Translations under genes and position numbers: made by a program
Notes under the pieces: generated by a model
What the model was told of the DNA's origin: nothing
Seen by the model: the letters and a program-made list of their open reading frames with translations, nothing else
The model's database searches: none
Part shown: piece by piece, positions 7,980 through 14,869 of the stretch
Layout of the letters: the number at the start of each line of letters is the position of its first letter
Position numbering within the stretch: the first letter of the stretch is position 1
DNA from: a virus
Taxonomy: Duplodnaviria; Heunggongvirae; Uroviricota; Caudoviricetes
DNA length: 18,246 nt
Virus record (IMG/VR): IMGVR_UViG_2609459834_000002
Span: 1-18,246 of that record
Direction: 5' to 3' (one strand)

Positions 7980-8467
7980 TAAGCCCCCACGTAATTCCCT
8001 GAGAGATACCACTCTTCACCCGATGCAGCGCGCTTGCTGCTTTTCCGTAAGCACCGCTCACGACGCGCCAGAAAATTGTTTCGTTCTGGCTGGGAGTGGC
8101 TTTCACGGAATGCCGCCATCCACACGGTTGCAGCACGACGGTATAAGCCCCTTGACTCCAGTTCTTCAGCCTGGCGGGTCAGGCACAAAATCACCCGGGG
8201 GTCGTTAGTGCCGACATAGAACTTGCGCACAGGTCTGGTTTCACGAACTGGTTGTGGTTCCGGCTCCTGCGCTCTCTCAGTCAGGCGCGGGAAATGTCTG
8301 CGTGTATCCCCTTCACAACGGTGAGCCACACGCCCACTCTGACGTAACTTGCTTGCTGACTGCAGAACGCGCTGCCGTGAGTAACCAGCAAAAGCATCCG
8401 CAATGTCTCCGGAAGTACACCCCGGATGGGCTTCAATGAATTTCTGAACTTCATTCAAAAGACTCAT
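7979..8467 (-). CDS. Hypothetical regulator, PerC/ANR-like (tentative)
   Basis: Start at ATG 8467-8465 (the track begins at GTG 8473). C-terminal LESRGLYRRAATVWMAAF...RRERCLRK resembles PerC/ANR-family proteins as recalled; N-terminus looks like a small HTH. Assignment from memory only. Confidence 0.45.
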   Translation of the reverse strand: MSLLNEVQKFIEAHPGCTSGDIADAFAGYSRQRVLQSASKLRQSGRVAHRCEGDTRRHFPRLTERAQEPEPQPVRETRPVRKFYVGTNDPRVILCLTRQAEELESRGLYRRAATVWMAAFRESHSQPERNNFLARRERCLRKSSKRAASGEEWYLSGNYVGA

Positions 8468-8469
8468 GA

Positions 8470-9288
8470 TCACCCCCTGAATCCTGCCGGGATCTGGCTG
8501 TAGTCCACGTTGTCGTAACTGGCTTTGAAGTACGGGTCCTCGCGTCTGGCTGCAGATACCGCAGGAACTTCCCAGGATTCTTCGAAATGACGATCCGGAC
8601 CAAAGAACGTGACAGCCTGTTTCACAAATTGTGTGCCGCTGTTACCCATCGCAGATACCCAGCCCGCGTAGCGTTTCACACCTTCCAGCATGGTTTCGGG
8701 GTTTACTCCCTCATTCAAACGGGCTTTCCAGGCTTTGAAGGCTGCAGATTTTGAATTGCCACCAGCACGTTTGGGATATGCCAGCCATGCCTGCTCAAAC
8801 TCCGGAGAGTATTCCGGTCGGTTTGAACGAACTCGCACGGACTCATCAACTGATGCACCAACAGCTATTGGTTCATTGACTGGTTCTTTGACTGGTTCAA
8901 AAGAGTGACTGGTTCTGGGTGAATCTCCTGCACTACCCCCTGGTGCAACTCCTGCACTACCTGGTGAATTTGCTGCACCAGATAGTGAATTATTTGCACT
9001 ACCCCCTAGTGAATCTCCTGCACCATCCAGATGAAGGAGATAGATATTACTTGAGTTACCTTTTTCACCTTTCCGGGTGACTTTTTTTACCAGCCCGGAC
9101 TCACAAAGGGCCGCAATATGATTCATCACAGAACGTTTGCTAATCTCGCACTGGTCAGCAATATGCTGATAGCTGGGCCAGCACTCACCCTGATCGCTGG
9201 CATTATCAGCCAGCTTGATCAGAACCAGTTTTCGCAATGGATTACCCACTCGAATTTTCATCGCTTTAACCATCAGCTCCATACTCAT
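8470..9288 (-). CDS. Phage replication initiation protein (N-terminal HTH domain, repeat linker, C-terminal domain)
   Basis: 272 aa. N-terminal HTH (PLRKLVLIKLADNASDQGECWPSYQHIADQCEISKRSVMNHIAALCESGLV), a Gly/Ser/Ala-rich linker encoded by tandem DNA repeats, and a basic C-terminal domain. Sits at the lambda O position after the cro/CII-like genes. Confidence 0.7.
   Translation of the reverse strand: MSMELMVKAMKIRVGNPLRKLVLIKLADNASDQGECWPSYQHIADQCEISKRSVMNHIAALCESGLVKKVTRKGEKGNSSNIYLLHLDGAGDSLGGSANNSLSGAANSPGSAGVAPGGSAGDSPRTSHSFEPVKEPVNEPIAVGASVDESVRVRSNRPEYSPEFEQAWLAYPKRAGGNSKSAAFKAWKARLNEGVNPETMLEGVKRYAGWVSAMGNSGTQFVKQAVTFFGPDRHFEESWEVPAVSAARREDPYFKASYDNVDYSQIPAGFRG
8877..9028. repeat. Iteron-like tandem repeat array inside the replication gene (candidate phage origin)
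   Basis: Five tandem 21-24-bp repeats at 8917-8940, 8941-8961, 8962-8982, 8983-9006 and 9007-9028, consensus tGGTGAATctcCTGCACTACCccc. Three copies of TGACTGGTTC at 8877, 8889 and 8907. A moderately AT-rich stretch follows at 9029-9090. Confidence 0.5.
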
Positions 9289-9509
9289 GCTGCACCTCCG
9301 AGATGCTTCATGTTTTTTCCGGAGCGAAAGGCTATAAGCGGCATACTGACGCGGTAATTACGGCCCAGCGGTTCACAAACCACCTTCTGACATTCACGGT
9401 CAACCAGGCTAACACGTAGAACATGCCCTGCAGGCGTGGTGTACCACTGACCGGGGCGAGGACAACGGAAAGTCTGATTGGTAAATCGTTTGAAAATATT
9501 CCGGATCAT
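9285..9509 (-). CDS. Hypothetical protein (74 aa), translationally coupled between Rha-like and replication genes
   Basis: ATG at 9509 overlaps the Rha stop (ATGA) and its stop overlaps the replication-gene ATG at 9288 (ATGA). No recognised domain. Confidence 0.5.
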   Translation of the reverse strand: MIRNIFKRFTNQTFRCPRPGQWYTTPAGHVLRVSLVDRECQKVVCEPLGRNYRVSMPLIAFRSGKNMKHLGGAA

Positions 9510-10063
9510 TTGCGCCCCCTTACCTCTGAAGAGTTCAGCGACGAATGAATAAGACGGGCAAGAAATGCCGCATCGTTAATTCGGTCATACAGACTTACAG
9601 CCAGAGGTGATTCAGCTTTTTCCAGCATGGGATAAAGCTGCTGCAACCAGACCTGATGAATTGATGAAATGTAGGAATAGAGAACGCTGGCGTTATGTGC
9701 AACGTCGCTCGGTACAGAGGGCTTTGAAAGCTGTTTCTCCATCTGGTTAAAGGCATTGATGTATGCCTCTTTGAACTGGGCAGCACGTTTCCCCGTGAAA
9801 CCCATAGCAAGAAACGCAAAGCCGTCGCGGGTTATTTGATAGCAAGGAAGTTTGCGAGTACCGCCGTTGGGCTGGCGTACCAAAATTGATGTCTCCGCAA
9901 AATTGCGGGCACAAAACTCTGGAGAACAATCCAAAATGCGGATCTTTTTCAGAACATCGTCATGACGTTTAGAGAAGAAGTCAGCAACAGCCAAAGAAGA
10001 TGTAACAGCCTGACCATCAACGATGGCAATTTCAGGTTGAGAGAGGGTTGGGAGAGTAGTCAT
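9506..10063 (-). CDS. Phage regulatory protein, Rha family
   Basis: Product from the internal ATG at 10063-10061 (MTTLPTLSQPEIAIVDGQAVTSSLAVADFFSKRHDDVLKKIRIL...YQITRDGFAFLAMGFTGKRAAQFKEAYINAF) matches the Rha N-terminal domain. The track ORF extends in frame to 10669; that extension is treated separately in findings. Confidence 0.75.
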   Translation of the reverse strand: MTTLPTLSQPEIAIVDGQAVTSSLAVADFFSKRHDDVLKKIRILDCSPEFCARNFAETSILVRQPNGGTRKLPCYQITRDGFAFLAMGFTGKRAAQFKEAYINAFNQMEKQLSKPSVPSDVAHNASVLYSYISSIHQVWLQQLYPMLEKAESPLAVSLYDRINDAAFLARLIHSSLNSSEVRGRK

Positions 10064-10665
10064 GGTGACAGCCCCGGTAGTCAGTTTTTTAGAAAACTCA
10101 CCACATGGGACGCCAATCACAGAGGTGGTGAGACGTACAGGGTTGGCGTTACCGGAGACTACCGAACCCGGCCCGACCGAAGTCGGCCCTGTACGCCCCA
10201 CCATAATTTGGGCGTAGCAATGCTCATGACACGAAAAAACCGCATGAGCGCGGTTATGCTCAGTAATCAATTTCAGGACGCCAATCCCGGCACCCGTTTT
10301 ATAAGGTGCCTGAACAGTGTAACGTCCCGGAATGGCAGAATCAATGTGCTGGTGGTCCTTCACACTCAACAAAATCACGCCTGAATTTCCACAAAGGACT
10401 AAAGCACTCATGCGGGTAGTCTTTGCGAAGATAGATAACGCGCTGTGTTTCTGGCTCCCAACGAATAACATGAACATAAAGTCCTCTTCCGTCACGAAAC
10501 CAGCGGTTAAGTTCCTGCACAACTCGCCCCCCACAGTCAGGTAAAGTTCTCTGTGGTTACTTACAGCCAGGTGATTTGGTAATCTGCATTCATGCCGTAA
10601 CAACAGGTGTTCAGCGACGCTGACCACCTGTTGTTGCGACAAACGGTTATTTGCCGTTAAACTGT

Positions 10666-11229
10666 TCATGCGTTAGTTTCTCCACAGACACAAAACGCCA
10701 CGACGCCCGGAGCTGCACACTCGCGGGCGTCACTCTTTTCTGGAGCGCAAAAGATTTTGTAGACCAGTGCTGCATGCTCCTGGAGCTTCGAAATTGACAG
10801 ATACAACTCATCATTAATTGCTGTCTGCTCGTGTGGCTCCACTACCCCATCTTCGATTGCCGAACGAATCTGCTTTGAGTAACTCCCGATCTGTTCGATG
10901 ACTTCCAGCAGGCGCTGGTTTATATCGGCGTTCTCTACTTCCTCAATTTCAGGAAGCGATACAAACACCCCACCAGCAGACTGTGCGACAGCATCCGCAA
11001 TGTAGTGAGTGCCAGCCGCGCGCTGTAAAATCATTGCCCATCCCAGCGGGAAAATCTGATCGCCATCTGCACGAAGGCGGTTGAATAAAGCGTTCTCTGT
11101 TACATCCAGCCACTCAGCAGCTTCAGCGTAACCCCCCGGCAACGCCGCGATAGTTTTTCTGACAGCTTTCACGTACCACTCAGGCTGTTTTTCTACTTTC
11201 CAGTGATGCTTACCCACGGTTAGCCTCAT
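10666..11229 (-). CDS. CII-like / YdaT-like regulatory protein (tentative)
   Basis: 187-codon ORF immediately downstream of the cro-like gene on the same strand, the CII position. No strong RBS at ATG 11229; an in-frame GTG at 11217 has GAGG upstream. Family assignment is by position and weak recollection. Confidence 0.45.
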   Translation of the reverse strand: MRLTVGKHHWKVEKQPEWYVKAVRKTIAALPGGYAEAAEWLDVTENALFNRLRADGDQIFPLGWAMILQRAAGTHYIADAVAQSAGGVFVSLPEIEEVENADINQRLLEVIEQIGSYSKQIRSAIEDGVVEPHEQTAINDELYLSISKLQEHAALVYKIFCAPEKSDARECAAPGVVAFCVCGETNA

Positions 11230-11260
11230 CGTTCTGTGGTTAAAAATTGAAGGTGTTCTG

Positions 11261-11461
11261 TTAATCTTTCGGATAGATATCCGGTCTTAAGTCAGATTTC
11301 GTAATTGCACCTGACGTGCATTGCTCAAGTTTTTTAGCCAGCACAAAACTGGCTTTTTTATAACCATTGAAAACCAGCCGTAAGTAGCCTGGTGTTGAGC
11401 CAACTTTTCCGGCCAACTCGCCCTGCTGTTCTTTGGTTAAAGAGTCCCAATACGCTTTCAT
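11261..11461 (-). CDS. Cro-like HTH regulator (YdaS-like)
   Basis: ATG at 11461-11459 with GGAGG RBS about 10 nt upstream. The 66-aa product MKAYWDSLTKEQQGELAGKVGSTPGYLRLVFNGYKKAS...LRPDIYP is divergent from the repressor gene. The 167-aa track ORF is an upstream extension running through the operator region. Confidence 0.7.
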   Translation of the reverse strand: MKAYWDSLTKEQQGELAGKVGSTPGYLRLVFNGYKKASFVLAKKLEQCTSGAITKSDLRPDIYPKD

Positions 11462-11464
11462 ACA

Positions 11465-11536
11465 ATATGTACCTCCGATATACATATTACATGATTGAGA
11501 TGAACCTTCAAGATACTTGTACCCTATCGGTACAAA
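11465..11536. promoter_or_regulatory. Immunity operator/promoter region (OR-like; pR leftward, pRM-like rightward)
   Basis: Two operator-like inverted repeats: 11465-11487 ATATGTA-N9-TACATAT and 11518-11536 TTGTACC-N5-GGTACAA. Candidate pR on minus: -35 TTGAAG (plus 11504-11509) and -10 TAATAT (plus 11482-11487). The cI-like ATG at 11552 has no convincing RBS, suggesting a leaderless or weakly initiated mRNA. Confidence 0.5.
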
Positions 11537-11551
11537 GGTTTTAATTTCGTT

Positions 11552-12226
11552 ATGAAAACAGTCCATGACATCCGGCGGTCTAACGCCAGAAAACTGAGAG
11601 ATGGTGTTGGCGGGAATTCTTCCTTTGCCACCATGATTGATCGCGAGCCAACCCAGACCAGCAGGTTTATGGGGGATGGTGCTACTAAAAATATCGGTGA
11701 CAGCATGGCACGGCACATCGAAAAATGTTTCGACCTGCCTGTCGGATGGCTTGATCAAGAACACCAGACAACAAACATCACAAAAAAACCTGATGTTTCA
11801 ATCACTAACAAACAAATAACGTTAGTCCCTGTCATATCATGGGTACAGGCCGGAGCATGGAAAGAAGTTGGCTATTCTGAGGTTGATTTGAGCACAGCAG
11901 AAACTTATCCCTGCCCTGTACCCTGTGGCGAAATGACTTATATCTTGCGGGTGATTGGTGATTCAATGATTGATGAGTACCGCCCGGGAGACATGATTTT
12001 TGTTGATCCCGAAGTCCCTGCCTGCCACGGTGACGACGTTATTGCATTGATGCACGATACAGGCGAAACCACCTTTAAGCGGTTGATAGAAGATGGAACA
12101 CAGCGTTATCTCAAAGCATTAAACCCAAACTGGCCTGAACCTTACATTAAGATCAACGGTAATTGCTCTATAATTGGCACAGTGATTTTCTCAGGAAAAC
12201 CAAGAAGATACAAAATAAAGGCCTAA
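11552..12226 (+). CDS. CI-like prophage repressor (HTH plus LexA-like S24 peptidase domain)
   Basis: 224 aa. C-terminal domain has the S24 autocleavage-fold motifs (VIGDSMIDEYRPGDMIFVDPE). Divergent from the cro-like gene and followed by a strong terminator. Confidence 0.85.
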   Translation: MKTVHDIRRSNARKLRDGVGGNSSFATMIDREPTQTSRFMGDGATKNIGDSMARHIEKCFDLPVGWLDQEHQTTNITKKPDVSITNKQITLVPVISWVQAGAWKEVGYSEVDLSTAETYPCPVPCGEMTYILRVIGDSMIDEYRPGDMIFVDPEVPACHGDDVIALMHDTGETTFKRLIEDGTQRYLKALNPNWPEPYIKINGNCSIIGTVIFSGKPRRYKIKA

Positions 12227-12239
12227 TCAATATTTATAA

Positions 12240-12260
12240 CCTGCTTCGGCAGGTTTTTTT
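12240..12260 (+). terminator. Rho-independent terminator after the repressor gene
   Basis: CCTGC-TTCG-GCAGG hairpin followed by T7 (12254-12260), 14 nt after the cI-like stop. Confidence 0.7.
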
Positions 12261-12264
12261 ATAC

Positions 12265-12297
12265 TTGACAATGTACCCTCGAGATACATAATGTATC
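12265..12297 (+). promoter_or_regulatory. pL-like promoter with overlapping operator (OL-like)
   Basis: -35 TTGACA at 12265-12270, 17-nt spacer, -10 ATAATG at 12288-12293. The spacer holds a 19-bp operator-like site ATGTACC-N5-GATACAT (12271-12289), overlapped by the perfect palindrome GATACAT-A-ATGTATC (12283-12297). Confidence 0.5.
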
Positions 12298-12575
12298 TAA
12301 AAGAAACATGTCACAGGCAAGATTAAACAAAATTTGGTTGTAACACGGCGTATGGCACATGCGTCGTTAGCGGTCTGGGGACGTTAAAGGGGACAATCCA
12401 CTCCTTGCTCGGGCAAACAAACCAGGTAGCCGGAATGTGCAAGTCAATGATGATGCTGATAAGACGCCTAACCAGCGTGGCGGTTCGGTTTGACACCTGG
12501 GAAGAGACCAGGGTGCAACGATGAGGGCATTTATGGAACCGCGACAAAGTGTGGTGCCGTAACTGGCTAAGTGCT

Positions 12576-12596
12576 CTCAGCGTTGTGGTGAATGCG
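12576..12596 (+). repeat. 21-bp direct repeat, copy 1 (CTCAGCGTTGTGGTGAATGCG), followed by a GC hairpin
   Basis: Differs from the copy at 13204-13224 by one base. Followed by hairpin GCGCA-GGCTGA-TGCGC at 12594-12609. Lies in the roughly 450-nt leader between the pL-like promoter and the first small ORF. Confidence 0.6.
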
Positions 12597-12739
12597 CAGG
12601 CTGATGCGCGAAAGACATTGCAGCTATTGCGGAAAAGAGCTGTTCGGCGGGGCAATTAAACGCCCGTATCTGGAGGTTAAAGAACAAAATGAAAGTCCAG
12701 ATTTTAAACAATAACTGTGAAGTCGTTTGGGCGTAAAAC

Positions 12740-12946
12740 ATGACCGCGCGTAGACCAAGGGAGGAAAAAGTGGGAATAGTTAGAAATCAAGCAGATATAT
12801 TGAAAATCAGCTCTGAATTGCTTGGAGTTTTGAAAAGTGAGCTCACCGCACATGGCATCGAGCCCACTGACGAAAATTTAAGTTGGGTTTTGTCGATTAT
12901 TCAACAATCACTCAAGCCCAGCCTCAGCAAACTTTTTATCGAGTAG
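12740..12946 (+). CDS. Hypothetical small protein (68 aa) at the N-gene position; possible N-like factor or moron product
   Basis: ATG at 12740 lies 3 nt after the stop of a 15-codon upstream ORF (12689-12736, MKVQILNNNCEVVWA, GGAGG at 12672-12676). An in-frame GTG at 12770 has a strong GGGAGG RBS. N-terminus MTARRPREEK is mildly Arg-rich. Sits in a visibly AT-rich island. Confidence 0.4.
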   Translation: MTARRPREEKVGIVRNQADILKISSELLGVLKSELTAHGIEPTDENLSWVLSIIQQSLKPSLSKLFIE

Positions 12947-13099
12947 TGCTTCGAACTTATCGTAAAGCTTGCTTATGTCGTCTATCGGGTTTTCTGACGT
13001 ACTGTAATTTTTATCTGATGTCATGGCAGCAGTCTGATATGCAGTGTGAGTCTTAACCGATAGTTGGAATAAATAAAGAATTTTTTCTTCTTTGGTCAT
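12908..13099 (-). CDS. Hypothetical small protein (63 aa), convergent with and overlapping the 12740-12946 ORF
   Basis: ATG at 13099-13097 with AAGGA RBS 7 nt upstream. Product MTKEEKILYLFQLSVKTHTAYQ...DKKFAEAGLE. Its 3' end overlaps the convergent ORF by 39 nt. No family recognised. Confidence 0.4.
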   Translation of the reverse strand: MTKEEKILYLFQLSVKTHTAYQTAAMTSDKNYSTSENPIDDISKLYDKFEALLDKKFAEAGLE

Positions 13100-13203
13100 G
13101 ACTATTTCCTTCTTGGCTATATGAAAACACCAAGATACCACCGAGCCTGAAGTGGTGAAAAGACAGGCACATAACAGCTAAGTATTTTCAACCAGAGAGA
13201 ATC

Positions 13204-13224
13204 CTTAGCGTTGTGGTGAATGCG
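13204..13224 (+). repeat. 21-bp direct repeat, copy 2 (CTTAGCGTTGTGGTGAATGCG), followed by a short GC hairpin
   Basis: Near-identical to 12576-12596 (20 of 21). Followed by TGCG-GCTCAG-CGCA at 13221-13234. Marks the right boundary of the AT-rich island. Confidence 0.6.
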
Positions 13225-13355
13225 GCTCAGCGCACGCGGGTTAAGGTTGAGGCTGACAGTCGACCTTCTGTGGATACCCACCCGCCTGGTGTGCAACCTT
13301 CGCCAGGCACCGGGAGGCACCCGGCACCACAACTTTATGCTGTGTGTAGTCCTAG

Positions 13356-13400
13356 CGGTACCAGCTTGTACCATTGCTTCCGGCTGGTACCGTCCTTTTT
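13356..13400 (+). terminator. Terminator-like hairpin (tL1-like candidate) upstream of rdgC
   Basis: Perfect 10-bp inverted repeat CGGTACCAGC (13356-13365) / GCTGGTACCG (13383-13392) with a 17-nt loop, followed by TCCTTTTT (13393-13400). The loop is long for a canonical intrinsic terminator. Confidence 0.4.
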
Positions 13401-13565
13401 ACAAAACAGAGAAGAGCATCACCGGACGACGGGCTCATAACCCAATCCACCCGGGCAAAAAGAAAGCGGTCTCTGCAAGCCGCCGACCAATGCAGGTGCC
13501 CTTCTCTGTTGTGTATGGAGAAACTAACTTTTTAGCGCCGGTGCAGAGGCGTTGAGGAACCGAGA

Positions 13566-14483
13566 ATGAACAATCCGTTTTTCAAAAATATGTTGGTGTA
13601 TCGCATTAGTCGCGATTTCACCATCAACCAGGAAGAGCTGGAACAGCAGCTTGAACTATTTCGCTTCACTCCATGCGGTAGCCAGGATATGGCAAAAACC
13701 GGTTGGGTATCACCACTTGGTCAGCTGTCAGATCGCTTGCATCACACTGTCAATAATCAAGTGTTGTTGGTTATTCGCCGGGAAGAAAAAATACTGCCAT
13801 CTCCTGTCATTGCTGAAGAACTGCGCAAGCGTGTGGCGCGTCTGGAATCCGATCAGGGGCGTCGCCTCAAAAAAACTGAGAAAGATTCGCTGCGTGATGA
13901 AGTGTTGCACTCCCTGCTTCCTCGGGCGTTCTCCAAAAACTCGACTGTTAGTTTGTGGATCAACGTCACAGACGGTCTGATCATGGTTGATACAGCCAGC
14001 GCTAAACGTGCCGAAGACTCACTGGCCCTGCTTCGTAAAACTCTCGGTTCTCTCCCGGTGGTACCGCTGACTATGGAAACGCCGATCGAACTAACTATTA
14101 CCGACTGGGTTCGTTCCGGTAGTGCCCCTGCTGGCTTTAGCCTGGGTGATGAAGCCGAACTGAAAGCTATTCTTGTAGATGGCGGTATTGGACGCTTTAA
14201 AAAACAGACTTTGGTCAGTGACGAAATTCATGTGCATCTGGAAGCTGGCAAAGTAGTTACAAAGCTGTCTATCGACTGGCAACAGCGCATTCAGTTCGTT
14301 CTTTGCGATGACGGCAGCATCAAACGCCTTAAGTTCTCTAATGAGATTACAGAACAAAACGACGATATCTACCGTGATGATGCGGCTCAGCGGTTCGACG
14401 CTGACTTTGTTCTAATGACCGGCGAGCTTATCTCTCTCATTAACGGATTAACAACCTCTCTCGGCGGCGAAGCCAAGCGATAA
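13566..14483 (+). CDS. rdgC: Recombination-associated protein RdgC (prophage-encoded homologue)
   Basis: 305 aa with GAGGA RBS 8 nt upstream. Matches recalled E. coli RdgC along its length ([123 protein letters not shown]). Confidence 0.9.
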   Translation: MNNPFFKNMLVYRISRDFTINQEELEQQLELFRFTPCGSQDMAKTGWVSPLGQLSDRLHHTVNNQVLLVIRREEKILPSPVIAEELRKRVARLESDQGRRLKKTEKDSLRDEVLHSLLPRAFSKNSTVSLWINVTDGLIMVDTASAKRAEDSLALLRKTLGSLPVVPLTMETPIELTITDWVRSGSAPAGFSLGDEAELKAILVDGGIGRFKKQTLVSDEIHVHLEAGKVVTKLSIDWQQRIQFVLCDDGSIKRLKFSNEITEQNDDIYRDDAAQRFDADFVLMTGELISLINGLTTSLGGEAKR

Positions 14484-14562
14484 ACACCAGGCAGCAATTA
14501 CCCCATAAGCATGGGTTGGGTTGCTGCACTCCAAATCTGGCGAAGGTTGGTTCGGATGGCAG

Positions 14563-14817
14563 ATGAATCATATCGAATTTATTGAGAAGAACGTCAGGGA
14601 AATCCTTATAAAACAAGGCTTTTCTTCTTCAGTAGCGCAGGGGGGGGCATGGCAAGCGATTGATTTATATAAGCGCATGTCACAAGCCAGTAAAAAGGGT
14701 GCAATTTTTGATGACGTGATGAGGCATGCGAAAGCATGGGCAGATAAACAGGTTTCGAAAACTGAAGTCACGAAAAGTAAACGCAATCAACCTAAAAACC
14801 AAGGTGGTCTGTTTTAA
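14563..14817 (+). CDS. Hypothetical protein (84 aa)
   Basis: Track ORF 14521-14817 begins at TTG; trimmed to ATG 14563 (MNHIEFIEKNV...). Weak RBS. Basic C-terminus. No family recognised. Confidence 0.45.
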   Translation: MNHIEFIEKNVREILIKQGFSSSVAQGGAWQAIDLYKRMSQASKKGAIFDDVMRHAKAWADKQVSKTEVTKSKRNQPKNQGGLF

Positions 14818-14869
14818 ATATTCAGGCCAATAAGTTTGCGCGGTGCAGCGCGCCAATATGGAGAAAACC

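Noticed and set aside
8917-9028. Tandem repeats considered as a possible CRISPR array
   Set aside because: Repeats are contiguous with no unique spacers, lie inside an intact coding frame and encode a repetitive linker. This fits origin iterons rather than CRISPR.
11261-11764. 167-aa minus-strand ORF in the track extending the cro-like gene upstream through the operator region
   Set aside because: The extension runs across the divergent promoter/operator region and into the cI gene on the opposite strand. The internal ATG at 11461 has a strong GGAGG RBS and yields a typical 66-aa Cro-sized HTH protein.
12323-12655. 110-aa minus-strand ORF in the pL leader
   Set aside because: Arg/Cys/His-rich low-complexity product, no RBS, and it would be transcribed against the strong pL-like promoter. 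Region is better explained as structured leader containing the 21-bp repeat.
13213-13555. Plus ORFs 13213-13440 and 13220-13555 and minus ORF 13117-13374
   Set aside because: Pro/Arg-rich low-complexity translations across a GC-rich hairpin-dense segment. No RBS and mutually overlapping frames; treated as noncoding structured RNA/DNA.
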